Source: the human T2T-CHM13v2.0 reference genome, Homo sapiens. Taken from it: a DNA stretch of 64,000 nt. The translations under genes and the position numbers were made by a program. The stretch lies in NCBI RefSeq assembly GCF_009914755.1, contig NC_060948.1; one strand, given 5' to 3'. Positions 1 through 23,412 of the stretch are shown here, piece after piece; the stretch's first letter is position 1, and the number at the start of each line of letters is the position of its first letter. The notes under the pieces are model-generated. The model saw only the letters and a list, made by a program, of their open reading frames with translations, did no database searches and was not told the origin of the DNA.

Positions 1-1641
<1,641 letters not shown>

Positions 1642-2211
1642 AGATCCATATTTTTTAAATGAAAAAAAATTTCAAAGGTACTCTGCTTGGTACAATAATC
1701 AAATGTATAAACTGAGGAATAAAACATAACCATGAAACCTACTTATAACTGCATATGGAAAATACAGAGGATAATTTTTTAAATAACATATTTTGAAAGC
1801 CTTAACTAGTAATTTGAAGAGTTGGCATTTGAAAGGCCAGTATGAATATACCTTCAAAGCAGCAACACAGGTTCCCCATGAGAAAAAGCAAACACAGGGA
1901 AAATAAAAACACAAAGGTTCAATCTCTTCTGACCTTTGAAAGACACAGCACAGACAGTGGTCCTTAGGACGAAGAGCAGGAGACCCCTAATTCCGTCACC
2001 ATGGCGATAGGGCATAAACATTGCTGGGTGAGGGCACAATCCACATTGTGAGGTCCAACTGCTGCCAGGAAGACAGGAGTGCTTTTACATAGACCGAAAG
2101 GTCATTGAAGGCTCAGAGTTTTGTTTCAAGAACTGAATCCCAAGCCCACACGTTATTAGGCTGCGCTTCTTAAAACAAGTTATGAGATGGGAAAAAGGGC
2201 ACCCACAAACA
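1642..2211. repeat. Moderate-GC segment of the unit (HSATI component); exemplar copy, present once per monomer directly after each Alu
   Basis: Seen: ~570 bp of complex sequence between the Alu end (GAGCCA, 1641) and the onset of AT-rich sequence (~2212). The HSATI name comes from the known tripartite DYZ2 structure, not from an alignment. Confidence 0.8.
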
Positions 2212-4059
<1,848 letters not shown>

Positions 4060-6163
4060 AGATCCATATTTTTTAAATGAAAAAAAATTTCAAAGGTACT
4101 CTGCTTGGTACAATAATCAAATGTATAAACTGAGGAATAAAACATAACCATGAAACCTACTTATAACTGCATATGGAAAATACAGAGGATAATTTTTTAA
4201 ATAACATATTTTGAAAGCCTTAACTAGTAATTTGAAGAGTTGGCATTTGAAAGGCCAGTATGAATATACCTTCAAAGCAGCAACACAGGTTCCCCATGAG
4301 AAAAAGCAAACACAGGGAAAATAAAAACACAAAGGTTCAATCTCTTCTGACCTTTGAAAGACACAGCACAGACAGTGGTCCTTAGGACGAAGAGCAGGAG
4401 ACCCCTAATTCCGTCACCATGGCGATAGGGCATAAACATTGCTGGGTGAGGGCACAATCCACATTGTGAGGTCCAACTGCTGCCAGGAAGACAGGAGTGC
4501 TTTTACATAGACCGAAAGGTCATTGAAGGCTCAGAGTTTTGTTTCAAGAACTGAATCCCAAGCCCACACGTTATTAGGCTGCGCTTCTTAAAACAAGTTA
4601 TGAGATGGGAAAAAGGGCACCCACAAACATACGTATACATTATGTATATAATAATATACAGTATCATATATATAATATATATAACCTATGTATAATATTG
4701 TTTTACATCCTGCATCTTATGTTATATATATTGTATAAAATATAATAATTGATAATATATAAGTTTTATAATTATACAATATGACATATAGTATATATTA
4801 TAATTTATGACATATATAATATATGTTATATATCATATATAGAGTATATTATACGGTTAATATACGTATTAAATATAAATTATACATTATATATATTATA
4901 TATAATATATCTGTTATATATAATACCCATTATGCATAATATATATATTATGTCTATGTTATATATAGTATAAAACAACATATAATAATATATAATTGTA
5001 TATATAAAATGCGACATATAATATATATTATATTTTATAACATATGTAATATATATTATATATTATCTATAATACGTTGTATGTATAATACCTATATTAA
5101 ATATATATTATATGACTATGTTATTAATTACATGTCACATGTGTTATATATTATATATTTTAAATAGAATATACCGGTTACATACAATATATACTATGTT
5201 ACCTATAATGTATAATTTATTACATGTAAAATAAGGAATGCAATATATTATGTATAATTTATAATATACAATATGTGGAATGTGATATATATAACATATA
5301 ATATATGATATATGATATACAGTATATGATATATAACATACAATATATGATTCCTAATATATATGGTATACAATATATATTTTATGATATGTATTCTATA
5401 TGTTTTATATTCTGTTATATATAACTATTTGAAATTATATATAACTGTATAATATTTTATGTAATATGTAATATAATATATATAACTATATAATATATTA
5501 TATATAACTATATATTATGTTATATATACTTTTATAACATAATTTACATAAAATATCATAATATAATATATATTATATTATTTCATATTACATAATATAT
5601 ATTACATATCACCCAATATAACTAACGTACATAATATTATAATATAGATTATATTATGTTATATTAAATATCATATATATCATGTATCATATATTCTATA
5701 GTATATATTACACATTATATAATATGTATGTTGTCTATTATGTGATATATATAACTATATATATAATTATATTTTTATACATATAACTAGATAAACATGT
5801 AATTCTACATATTTTCATTTATAATATGTAGAATTATATAATCATATATAATTATTTATATTCTATAAAAAATTTTATCATTATATGAATTATAATATAT
5901 AAAAATTATAATATGTACTACAAATATATATATTATATATCATATATGATATAGTACCTTTGTTATATATCATAATACATATAAATGTGTATTATGTTAT
6001 CTATAATTATATAATTTCATATATAAGATGTATAATATGTATCATATATTATATATGTTATGTAATATATATAGTATATATAAGATGACACAGGATAAAT
6101 ATTATATACTATGACATATAAAATATATGAGGTTATATGTTACATATAATGCATAGCACATAA

Positions 6164-6478
<315 letters not shown>

Positions 6479-8583
6479 AGATCCGTATTTTTTAAATGAA
6501 AAAAAATTTCAAAAGTACTCTGCTTGGTACAATAATCAAATGTATAAACTGAGGAATAAAACATAACCATGAAACCTACTTATAACTGCATATGGAAAAT
6601 ACAGAGGATAATTTTTTAAATAACATATTTTGAAAGCCTTAACTAGTAATTTGAAGAGTTGGCATTTGAAAGGCCAGTATGAATATACCTTCAAAGCAGC
6701 AACACAGGTTCCCCATGAGAAAAAGCAAACTCAGGGAAAATAAAACCACAAAGGTTCAATCTCTTCTGACCTTTGAAAGACACAGCACAGACAGTGGTCC
6801 TTAGGACGAAGAGCAGGAGACCCCTAATTCCGTCACCATGGCGATAGGGCATAAACATTGCTGGGTGAGGGCACAATCCACATTGTGAGGTCCAACTGCT
6901 GCCAGGAAGACAGGAGTGCTTTTACATAGACCGAAAGGTCATTGAAGGCTCAGAGTTTTGTTTCAAGAACTGAATCCCAAGCCCACACGTTATTAGGCTG
7001 CGCTTCTTAAAACAAGTTATGAGATGGGAAAAAGGGCACCCACAAACATACGTATACATTATGTATATAATAATATACAGTATCATATATATAATATATA
7101 TAACCTATGTATAATATTGTTTTACATCCTGCATCTTATGTTATATATATTGTATAAAATATAATAATTGATAATATATAAGTTTTATAATTATACAATA
7201 TGACATATAGTATATATTATAATTTATGACATATATAATATATGTTATATATCATATATAGAATATATTATACGGTTAATATACGTATTAAATATAAATT
7301 ATACATTATATATATTATATATAATATATCTGTTATATATAATACCCATTATGCATAATATATATATTATGTCTATGTTATATATAGTATAAAACAACAT
7401 ATAATAATATATAATTGTATATATAAAATGCGACATATAATATATATTATATTTTATAACATATGTAATATATATTATATATTATATATAATACGTTGTA
7501 TGTATAATACCTATATTAAATATATATTATATGACTATGTTATTAATTACATGTCACATGTGTTATATATTATATATTTTACATAGAATATACCGGTTAG
7601 ATACAATATATACTATGTTACCTATAATGTATAATTTATTACATGTAAAATAAAGAATGCAATATATTATGTATAATTTATAATATACAATATGTGGAAT
7701 GTGATATATATAACATATAATATATGATATATGATATACAGTATATGATATATAACATACAATATATGATTCCTAATATATATGGTATACAATATATATT
7801 TTATGATATGTATTCTATATGTTTTATATTCTGTTATATATAACTATTTGAAATTATATATAACTGTATAATATTTTATGTAAATATGTAATATAATATA
7901 TATAACTATATAATATATTATATATAACTATATATTATGTTATATATACTTTTATAACATAATTTACATAAAATATCATAATATAATATATATTATATTA
8001 TTTCATATTACATAATATATATTACATATCACCCAATATAACTAACATACATAATATTATAATATAGATTATATTATGTTATATTAAATATCATATATAT
8101 CATGTATCATATATTCTATAATATATATTACACTTTATATATTATGTATGTTGTCTATTATGTGATATATATAACTATATATATAATTATATTTTTATAC
8201 ATATAACTAGATAACCATGTAATTCTACATATTTTCATTTATAATATGTAGAATTATATAATCATATATAATTATTTATATTCTATAAAAAATTTTATCA
8301 TTATATAAATTATAATATATAAAAATTATAATATGTACTACAAATATATATATTATATATCATATATGATATAGTACCTTTGTTATATATCATAATACAT
8401 ATAAATGTGTATTATGTTATCTATAATTATATAATTTCATATATAAGGTGTATAATATGTATCATATATTATATATGTTATGTAATATATATAGTATATA
8501 TAAGATGACACAGGATAAATATTATATACTATGACATATAAAATATATGAGGTTATATGTTACATATAAGGCATAGCACATAA

Positions 8584-8898
<315 letters not shown>

Positions 8899-11001
8899 AG
8901 ATCCATATTTTTTAAATGAAAAAAAATTTCAAAGGTACTCTGCTTGGTACAATAATCAAATGTATAAACTGAGGAATAAAACATAACCATGAAACCTACT
9001 TATAACTGCATATGGAAAATACAGAGGATAATTTTTTAAATAACATATTTTGAAAGCCTTAACTAGTAATTTGAAGAGTTGGCATTTGAAAGGCCAGTAT
9101 GAATATACCTTCAAAGCAGCAACACAGGTTCCCCATGAGAAAAAGCAAACACAGGGAAAATAAAAACACAAAGGTTCAATCTCTTCTGACCTTTGAAAGA
9201 CACAGCACAGACAGTGGTCCTTAGGACGAAGAGCAGGAGACCCCTAATTCCGTCACCATGGCGATAGGGCATAAACATTGCTGGGTGAGGGCACAATCCA
9301 CATTGTGAGGTCCAACTGCTGCCAGGAAGACAGGAGTGCTTTTACATAGACCGAAAGGTCATTGAAGGCTCAGAGTTTTGTTTCAAGAACTGAATCCCAA
9401 GCCCACACGTTATTAGGCTGCGCTTCTTAAAACAAGTTATGAGATGGGAAAAAGGGCACCCACAAACATACGTATACATTATGTATATAATAATATACAG
9501 TATCATATATATAATATATATAACCTATGTATAATATTGTTTTACATCCTGCATCTTATGTTATATATATTGTATAAAATATAATAATTGATAATATATA
9601 AGTTTTATAATTATACAATATGACATATAGTATATATTATAATTTATGACATATATAATATATGTTATATATCATATATAGAATATAGTATACGGTTAAT
9701 ATACGTATTAAATATAAATTATACATTATATATATTATATATAATATATCTGTTATATATAATACCCATTATGCATAATATATATATTATGTCTATGTTA
9801 TATATAGTATAAAACAACATATAATAATATATAATTGTATATATAAAATGCGACATATAATATATATTATATTTTATAACATATGTAATATATATTATAT
9901 ATTATATATAATACGTTGTATGTATAATACCTATATTAAATATATATTATATGACTATGTTATTAATTACATGTCACATGTGTTATATATTATATATTTT
10001 ACATAGAATATACCGGTTACATACAATATATACTATGTTACCTATAATGTATAATTTATTACATGTAAAATAAAGAATGCAATATATTATGTATAATTTA
10101 TAATATACAATATGTGGAATGTGATATATATAACATATAATATATGATATATGATATACAGTATATGATATATAACATACAATATATGATTCCTAATATA
10201 TATGGTATACAATATATATTTTATGATATGTATTCTATATGTTTTATATTCTGTTATATATAACTATTTGAAATTATATATAACTGTATAATATTTTATG
10301 TAAATATGTAATATAATATATATAACTATATAATATATTATATATAACTATATATTATGTTATGTATACTTTTATAACATAATTTACAAAAAATATCATA
10401 ATATAATATATATTATATTATTTCATATTACATAATATATATTACATATCACCCAATATAACTAACATACATAATATTATAATATAGATTATATTATGTT
10501 ATATTAAATATCATATATATCATGTATCATATATTCTATAATATATATTACACATTATATAATATGTATGCTGTCTATTATGTGATATATATAACTATAT
10601 ATAATTATATTTTTATACATATAACTAGATAAACATGTAATTCTACATATTTTCATTTATAATATGTAGAATTATATAATCATATATAATTATTTATATT
10701 CTATAAAAAATTTTATCATTATATAAATTATAATATATAAAAATTATAATATGTACTACAAATATATATATTATATATCATATATGATATAGTACCTTTG
10801 TTATATATCATAATACATATAAATGTGTATTATGTTATCTATAATTATATAATTTCATATATAAGGTGTATAATATGTATCATATATTATATATGTTATG
10901 TAATATATATAGTATATATAAGATGACACAGGATAAATATTATATACTATGACATATAAAATATATGAGGTTATATGTTACATATAAGGCATAGCACATA
11001 A

Positions 11002-11316
<315 letters not shown>

Positions 11317-13420
11317 AGATCCATATTTTTTAAATGAAAAAAAATTTCAAAGGTACTCTGCTTGGTACAATAATCAAATGTATAAACTGAGGAATAAAAC
11401 ATAACCATGAAACCTACTTATAACTGCATATGGAAAATACAGAGGATAATTTTTTAAATAACATATTTTGAAAGCCTTAACTAGTAATTTGAAGAGTTGG
11501 CATTTGAAAGGCCAGTATGAATATACCTTCAAAGCAGCAACACAGGTTCCCCATGAGAAAAAGCAAACACAGGGAAAATAAAAACACAAAGGTTCAATCT
11601 CTTCTGACCTTTGAAAGACACAGCACAGACAGTGGTCCTTAGGACGAAGAGCAGGAGACCCCTAATTCCGTCACCATGGCGATAGGGCATAAACATTGCT
11701 GGGTGAGGGCACAATCCACATTGTGAGGTCCAACTGCTGCCAGGAAGACAGGAGTGCTTTTACATAGACCGAAAGGTCATTGAAGGCTCAGAGTTTTGTT
11801 TCAAGAACTGAATCCCAAGCCCACACGTTATTAGGCTGCGCTTCTTAAAACAAGTTATGAGATGGGAAAAAGGGCACCCACAAACATACGTATACATTAT
11901 GTATATAATAATATACAGTATCATATATATAATATATATAACCTATGTATAATATTGTTTTACATCCTGCATCTTATGTTATATATATTGTATAAAATAT
12001 AATAATTGATAATATATAAGTTTTATAATTATACAATATGACATATAGTATATATTATAATTTATGACATATATAATATATGTTATATATCATATATAGA
12101 GTATATTATACGGTTAATATACGTATTAAATATAAATTATACATTATATATATTATATATAATATATCTGTTATATATAATACCCATTATGCATAATATA
12201 TATATTATGTCTATGTTATATATAGTATAAAACAACATATAATAATATATAATTGTATATATAAAATGCGACATATAATATATATTATATTTTATAACAT
12301 ATGTAATATATATTATATATTATCTATAATACGTTGTATGTATAATACCTATATTAAATATATATTATATGACTATGTTATTAATTACATGTCACATGTG
12401 TTATATATTATATATTTTAAATAGAATATACCGGTTACATACAATATATACTATGTTACCTATAATGTATAATTTATTACATGTAAAATAAGGAATGCAA
12501 TATATTATGTATAATTTATAATATACAATATGTGGAATGTGATATATATAACATATAATATATGATATATGATATACAGTATATGATATATAACATACAA
12601 TATATGATTCCTAATATATATGGTATACAATATATATTTTATGATATGTATTCTATATGTTTTATATTCTGTTATATATAACTATTTGAAATTATATATA
12701 ACTGTATAATATTTTATGTAATATGTAATATAATATATATAACTATATAATATATTATATATAACTATATATTATGTTATATATACTTTTATAACATAAT
12801 TTACATAAAATATCATAATATAATATATATTATATTATTTCATATTACATAATATATATTACATATCACCCAATATAACTAACGTACATAATATTATAAT
12901 ATAGATTATATTATGTTATATTAAATATCATATATATCATGTATCATATATTCTATAGTATATATTACACATTATATAATATGTATGTTGTCTATTATGT
13001 GATATATATAACTATATATATAATTATATTTTTATACATATAACTAGATAAACATGTAATTCTACATATTTTCATTTATAATATGTAGAATTATATAATC
13101 ATATATAATTATTTATATTCTATAAAAAATTTTATCATTATATGAATTATAATATATAAAAATTATAATATGTACTACAAATATATATATTATATATCAT
13201 ATATGATATAGTACCTTTGTTATATATCATAATACATATAAATGTGTATTATGTTATCTATAATTATATAATTTCATATATAAGATGTATAATATGTATC
13301 ATATATTATATATGTTATGTAATATATATAGTATATATAAGATGACACAGGATAAATATTATATACTATGACATATAAAATATATGAGGTTATATGTTAC
13401 ATATAATGCATAGCACATAA

Positions 13421-13735
<315 letters not shown>

Positions 13736-15840
13736 AGATCCGTATTTTTTAAATGAAAAAAAATTTCAAAGGTACTCTGCTTGGTACAATAATCAAATGT
13801 ATAAACTGAGGAATAAAACATAACCATGAAACCTACTTATAACTGCATATGGAAAATACAGAGGATAATTTTTTAAATAACATATTTTGAAAGCCTTAAC
13901 TAGTAATTTGAAGAGTTGGCATTTGAAAGGCCAGTATGAATATACCTTCAAAGCAGCAACACAGGTTCCCCATGAGAAAAAGCAAACTCAGGGAAAATAA
14001 AACCACAAAGGTTCAATCTCTTCTGACCTTTGAAAGACACAGCACAGACAGTGGTCCTTAGGACGAAGAGCAGGAGACCCCTAATTCCGTCACCATGGCG
14101 ATAGGGCATAAACATTGCTGGGTGAGGGCACAATCCACATTGTGAGGTCCAACTGCTGCCAGGAAGACAGGAGTGCTTTTACATAGACCGAAAGGTCATT
14201 GAAGGCTCAGAGTTTTGTTTCAAGAACTGAATCCCAAGCCCACACGTTATTAGGCTGCGCTTCTTAAAACAAGTTATGAGATGGGAAAAAGGGCACCCAC
14301 AAACATACGTATACATTATGTATATAATAATATACAGTATCATATATATAATATATATAACCTATGTATAATATTGTTTTACATCCTGCATCTTATGTTA
14401 TATATATTGTATAAAATATAATAATTGATAATATATAAGTTTTATAATTATACAATATGACATATAGTATATATTATAATTTATGACATATATAATATAT
14501 GTTATATATCATATATAGAATATATTATACGGTTAATATACGTATTAAATATAAATTATACATTATATATATTATATATAATATATCTGTTATATATAAT
14601 ACCCATTATGCATAATATATATATTATGTCTATGTTATATATAGTATAAAACAACATATAATAATATATAATTGTATATATAAAATGCGACATATAATAT
14701 ATATTATATTTTATAACATATGTAATATATATTATATATTATATATAATACGTTGTATGTATAATACCTATATTAAATATATATTATATGACTATGTTAT
14801 TAATTACATGTCACATGTGTTATATATTATATATTTTACATAGAATATACCGGTTAGATACAATATATACTATGTTACCTATAATGTATAATTTATTACA
14901 TGTAAAATAAAGAATGCAATATATTATGTATAATTTATAATATACAATATGTGGAATGTGATATATATAACATATAATATATGATATATGATATACAGTA
15001 TATGATATATAACATACAATATATGATTCCTAATATATATGGTATACAATATATATTTTATGATATGTATTCTATATGTTTTATATTCTGTTATATATAA
15101 CTATTTGAAATTATATATAACTGTATAATATTTTATGTAAATATGTAATATAATATATATAACTATATAATATATTATATATAACTATATATTATGTTAT
15201 ATATACTTTTATAACATAATTTACATAAAATATCATAATATAATATATATTATATTATTTCATATTACATAATATATATTACATATCACCCAATATAACT
15301 AACATACATAATATTATAATATAGATTATATTATGTTATATTAAATATCATATATATCATGTATCATATATTCTATAATATATATTACACTTTATATATT
15401 ATGTATGTTGTCTATTATGTGATATATATAACTATATATATAATTATATTTTTATACATATAACTAGATAACCATGTAATTCTACATATTTTCATTTATA
15501 ATATGTAGAATTATATAATCATATATAATTATTTATATTCTATAAAAAATTTTATCATTATATAAATTATAATATATAAAAATTATAATATGTACTACAA
15601 ATATATATATTATATATCATATATGATATAGTACCTTTGTTATATATCATAATACATATAAATGTGTATTATGTTATCTATAATTATATAATTTCATATA
15701 TAAGGTGTATAATATGTATCATATATTATATATGTTATGTAATATATATAGTATATATAAGATGACACAGGATAAATATTATATACTATGACATATAAAA
15801 TATATGAGGTTATATGTTACATATAAGGCATAGCACATAA

Positions 15841-16155
<315 letters not shown>

Positions 16156-18258
16156 AGATCCATATTTTTTAAATGAAAAAAAATTTCAAAGGTACTCTGC
16201 TTGGTACAATAATCAAATGTATAAACTGAGGAATAAAACATAACCATGAAACCTACTTATAACTGCATATGGAAAATACAGAGGATAATTTTTTAAATAA
16301 CATATTTTGAAAGCCTTAACTAGTAATTTGAAGAGTTGGCATTTGAAAGGCCAGTATGAATATACCTTCAAAGCAGCAACACAGGTTCCCCATGAGAAAA
16401 AGCAAACACAGGGAAAATAAAAACACAAAGGTTCAATCTCTTCTGACCTTTGAAAGACACAGCACAGACAGTGGTCCTTAGGACGAAGAGCAGGAGACCC
16501 CTAATTCCGTCACCATGGCGATAGGGCATAAACATTGCTGGGTGAGGGCACAATCCACATTGTGAGGTCCAACTGCTGCCAGGAAGACAGGAGTGCTTTT
16601 ACATAGACCGAAAGGTCATTGAAGGCTCAGAGTTTTGTTTCAAGAACTGAATCCCAAGCCCACACGTTATTAGGCTGCGCTTCTTAAAACAAGTTATGAG
16701 ATGGGAAAAAGGGCACCCACAAACATACGTATACATTATGTATATAATAATATACAGTATCATATATATAATATATATAACCTATGTATAATATTGTTTT
16801 ACATCCTGCATCTTATGTTATATATATTGTATAAAATATAATAATTGATAATATATAAGTTTTATAATTATACAATATGACATATAGTATATATTATAAT
16901 TTATGACATATATAATATATGTTATATATCATATATAGAATATAGTATACGGTTAATATACGTATTAAATATAAATTATACATTATATATATTATATATA
17001 ATATATCTGTTATATATAATACCCATTATGCATAATATATATATTATGTCTATGTTATATATAGTATAAAACAACATATAATAATATATAATTGTATATA
17101 TAAAATGCGACATATAATATATATTATATTTTATAACATATGTAATATATATTATATATTATATATAATACGTTGTATGTATAATACCTATATTAAATAT
17201 ATATTATATGACTATGTTATTAATTACATGTCACATGTGTTATATATTATATATTTTACATAGAATATACCGGTTACATACAATATATACTATGTTACCT
17301 ATAATGTATAATTTATTACATGTAAAATAAAGAATGCAATATATTATGTATAATTTATAATATACAATATGTGGAATGTGATATATATAACATATAATAT
17401 ATGATATATGATATACAGTATATGATATATAACATACAATATATGATTCCTAATATATATGGTATACAATATATATTTTATGATATGTATTCTATATGTT
17501 TTATATTCTGTTATATATAACTATTTGAAATTATATATAACTGTATAATATTTTATGTAAATATGTAATATAATATATATAACTATATAATATATTATAT
17601 ATAACTATATATTATGTTATGTATACTTTTATAACATAATTTACAAAAAATATCATAATATAATATATATTATATTATTTCATATTACATAATATATATT
17701 ACATATCACCCAATATAACTAACATACATAATATTATAATATAGATTATATTATGTTATATTAAATATCATATATATCATGTATCATATATTCTATAATA
17801 TATATTACACATTATATAATATGTATGCTGTCTATTATGTGATATATATAACTATATATAATTATATTTTTATACATATAACTAGATAAACATGTAATTC
17901 TACATATTTTCATTTATAATATGTAGAATTATATAATCATATATAATTATTTATATTCTATAAAAAATTTTATCATTATATAAATTATAATATATAAAAA
18001 TTATAATATGTACTACAAATATATATATTATATATCATATATGATATAGTACCTTTGTTATATATCATAATACATATAAATGTGTATTATGTTATCTATA
18101 ATTATATAATTTCATATATAAGGTGTATAATATGTATCATATATTATATATGTTATGTAATATATATAGTATATATAAGATGACACAGGATAAATATTAT
18201 ATACTATGACATATAAAATATATGAGGTTATATGTTACATATAAGGCATAGCACATAA

Positions 18259-18573
<315 letters not shown>

Positions 18574-20677
18574 AGATCCATATTTTTTAAATGAAAAAAA
18601 ATTTCAAAGGTACTCTGCTTGGTACAATAATCAAATGTATAAACTGAGGAATAAAACATAACCATGAAACCTACTTATAACTGCATATGGAAAATACAGA
18701 GGATAATTTTTTAAATAACATATTTTGAAAGCCTTAACTAGTAATTTGAAGAGTTGGCATTTGAAAGGCCAGTATGAATATACCTTCAAAGCAGCAACAC
18801 AGGTTCCCCATGAGAAAAAGCAAACACAGGGAAAATAAAAACACAAAGGTTCAATCTCTTCTGACCTTTGAAAGACACAGCACAGACAGTGGTCCTTAGG
18901 ACGAAGAGCAGGAGACCCCTAATTCCGTCACCATGGCGATAGGGCATAAACATTGCTGGGTGAGGGCACAATCCACATTGTGAGGTCCAACTGCTGCCAG
19001 GAAGACAGGAGTGCTTTTACATAGACCGAAAGGTCATTGAAGGCTCAGAGTTTTGTTTCAAGAACTGAATCCCAAGCCCACACGTTATTAGGCTGCGCTT
19101 CTTAAAACAAGTTATGAGATGGGAAAAAGGGCACCCACAAACATACGTATACATTATGTATATAATAATATACAGTATCATATATATAATATATATAACC
19201 TATGTATAATATTGTTTTACATCCTGCATCTTATGTTATATATATTGTATAAAATATAATAATTGATAATATATAAGTTTTATAATTATACAATATGACA
19301 TATAGTATATATTATAATTTATGACATATATAATATATGTTATATATCATATATAGAGTATATTATACGGTTAATATACGTATTAAATATAAATTATACA
19401 TTATATATATTATATATAATATATCTGTTATATATAATACCCATTATGCATAATATATATATTATGTCTATGTTATATATAGTATAAAACAACATATAAT
19501 AATATATAATTGTATATATAAAATGCGACATATAATATATATTATATTTTATAACATATGTAATATATATTATATATTATCTATAATACGTTGTATGTAT
19601 AATACCTATATTAAATATATATTATATGACTATGTTATTAATTACATGTCACATGTGTTATATATTATATATTTTAAATAGAATATACCGGTTACATACA
19701 ATATATACTATGTTACCTATAATGTATAATTTATTACATGTAAAATAAGGAATGCAATATATTATGTATAATTTATAATATACAATATGTGGAATGTGAT
19801 ATATATAACATATAATATATGATATATGATATACAGTATATGATATATAACATACAATATATGATTCCTAATATATATGGTATACAATATATATTTTATG
19901 ATATGTATTCTATATGTTTTATATTCTGTTATATATAACTATTTGAAATTATATATAACTGTATAATATTTTATGTAATATGTAATATAATATATATAAC
20001 TATATAATATATTATATATAACTATATATTATGTTATATATACTTTTATAACATAATTTACATAAAATATCATAATATAATATATATTATATTATTTCAT
20101 ATTACATAATATATATTACATATCACCCAATATAACTAACGTACATAATATTATAATATAGATTATATTATGTTATATTAAATATCATATATATCATGTA
20201 TCATATATTCTATAGTATATATTATACATTATATAATATGTATGTTGTCTATTATGTGATATATATAACTATATATATAATTATATTTTTATACATATAA
20301 CTAGATAAACATGTAATTCTACATATTTTCATTTATAATATGTAGAATTATATAATCATATATAATTATTTATATTCTATAAAAAATTTTATCATTATAT
20401 GAATTATAATGTATAAAAATTATAATATGTACTACAAATATATATATTATATATCATATATGATATAGTACCTTTGTTATATATCATAATACATATAAAT
20501 GTGTATTATGTTATCTATAATTATATAATTTCATATATAAGATGTATAATATGTATCATATATTATATATGTTATGTAATATATATAGTATATATAAGAT
20601 GACACAGGATAAATATTATATACTATGACATATAAAATATATGAGGTTATATGTTACATATAATGCATAGCACATAA

Positions 20678-20992
<315 letters not shown>

Positions 20993-23097
20993 AGATCCGT
21001 ATTTTTTAAATGAAAAAAAATTTCAAAGGTACTCTGCTTGGTACAATAATCAAATGTATAAACTGAGGAATAAAACATAACCATGAAACCTACTTATAAC
21101 TGCATATGGAAAATACAGAGGATAATTTTTTAAATAACATATTTTGAAAGCCTTAACTAGTAATTTGAAGAGTTGGCATTTGAAAGGCCAGTATGAATAT
21201 ACCTTCAAAGCAGCAACACAGGTTCCCCATGAGAAAAAGCAAACTCAGGGAAAATAAAACCACAAAGGTTCAATCTCTTCTGACCTTTGAAAGACACAGC
21301 ACAGACAGTGGTCCTTAGGACGAAGAGCAGGAGACCCCTAATTCCGTCACCATGGCGATAGGGCATAAACATTGCTGGGTGAGGGCACAATCCACATTGT
21401 GAGGTCCAACTGCTGCCAGGAAGACAGGAGTGCTTTTACATAGACCGAAAGGTCATTGAAGGCTCAGAGTTTTGTTTCAAGAACTGAATCCCAAGCCCAC
21501 ACGTTATTAGGCTGCGCTTCTTAAAACAAGTTATGAGATGGGAAAAAGGGCACCCACAAACATACGTATACATTATGTATATAATAATATACAGTATCAT
21601 ATATATAATATATATAACCTATGTATAATATTGTTTTACATCCTGCATCTTATGTTATATATATTGTATAAAATATAATAATTGATAATATATAAGTTTT
21701 ATAATTATACAATATGACATATTGTATATATTATAATTTATGACATATATAATATATGTTATATATCATATATAGAATATATTATACGGTTAATATACGT
21801 ATTAAATATAAATTATACATTATATATATTATATATAATATATCTGTTATATATAATACCCATTATGCATAATATATATATTATGTCTATGTTATATATA
21901 GTATAAAACAACATATAATAATATATAATTGTATATATAAAATGCGACATATAATATATATTATATTTTATAACATATGTAATATATATTATATATTATA
22001 TATAATACGTTGTATGTATAATACCTATATTAAATATATATTATATGACTATGTTATTAATTACATGTCACATGTGTTATATATTATATATTTTACATAG
22101 AATATACCGGTTAGATACAATATATACTATGTTACCTATAATGTATAATTTATTACATGTAAAATAAAGAATGCAATATATTATGTATAATTTATAATAT
22201 ACAATATGTGGAATGTGATATATATAACATATAATATATGATATATGATATACAGTATATGATATATAACATACAATATATGATTCCTAATATATATGGT
22301 ATACAATATATATTTTATGATATGTATTCTATATGTTTTATATTCTGTTATATATAACTATTTGAAATTATATATAACTGTATAATATTTTATGTAAATA
22401 TGTAATATAATATATATAACTATATAATATATTATATATAACTATATATTATGTTATATATACTTTTATAACATAATTTACATAAAATATCATAATATAA
22501 TATATATTATATTATTTCATATTACATAATATATATTACATATCACCCAATATAACTAACATACATAATATTATAATATAGATTATATTATGTTATATTA
22601 AATATCATATATATCATGTATCATATATTCTATAATATATATTACACTTTATATAATATGTATGTTGTCTATTATGTGATATATATAACTATATATATAA
22701 TTATATTTTTATACATATAACTAGATAACCATGTAATTCTACATATTTTCATTTATAATATGTAGAATTATATAATCATATATAATTATTTATATTCTAT
22801 AAAAAATTTTATCATTATATAAATTATAATATATAAAAATTATAATATGTACTACAAATATATATATTATATATCATATATGATATAGTACCTTTGTTAT
22901 ATATCATAATACATATAAATGTGTATTATGTTATCTATAATTATATAATTTCATATATAAGGTGTATAATATGTATCATATATTATATATGTTATGTAAT
23001 ATATATAGTATATATAAGATGACACAGGATAAATATTATATACTATGACATATAAAATATATGAGGTTATATGTTACATATAAGGCATAGCACATAA

Positions 23098-23412
<315 letters not shown>

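Noticed and set aside
1699-2039. Recurrent 71-aa and 61-aa minus-strand ORFs in nearly every unit
   Set aside because: Both start at TTG (CAA on the + strand), overlap in different frames and have no recognisable domain. They recur only because the DNA is tandemly repeated, and the 71-aa ORF is broken by a stop in units with the ACTCAGGG variant.
2035-2050. Inverted repeat CACAAT-CCAC-ATTGTG resembling paired SOX sites
   Set aside because: Only a 6-bp stem, expected by chance in 2.4 kb, with no other support.
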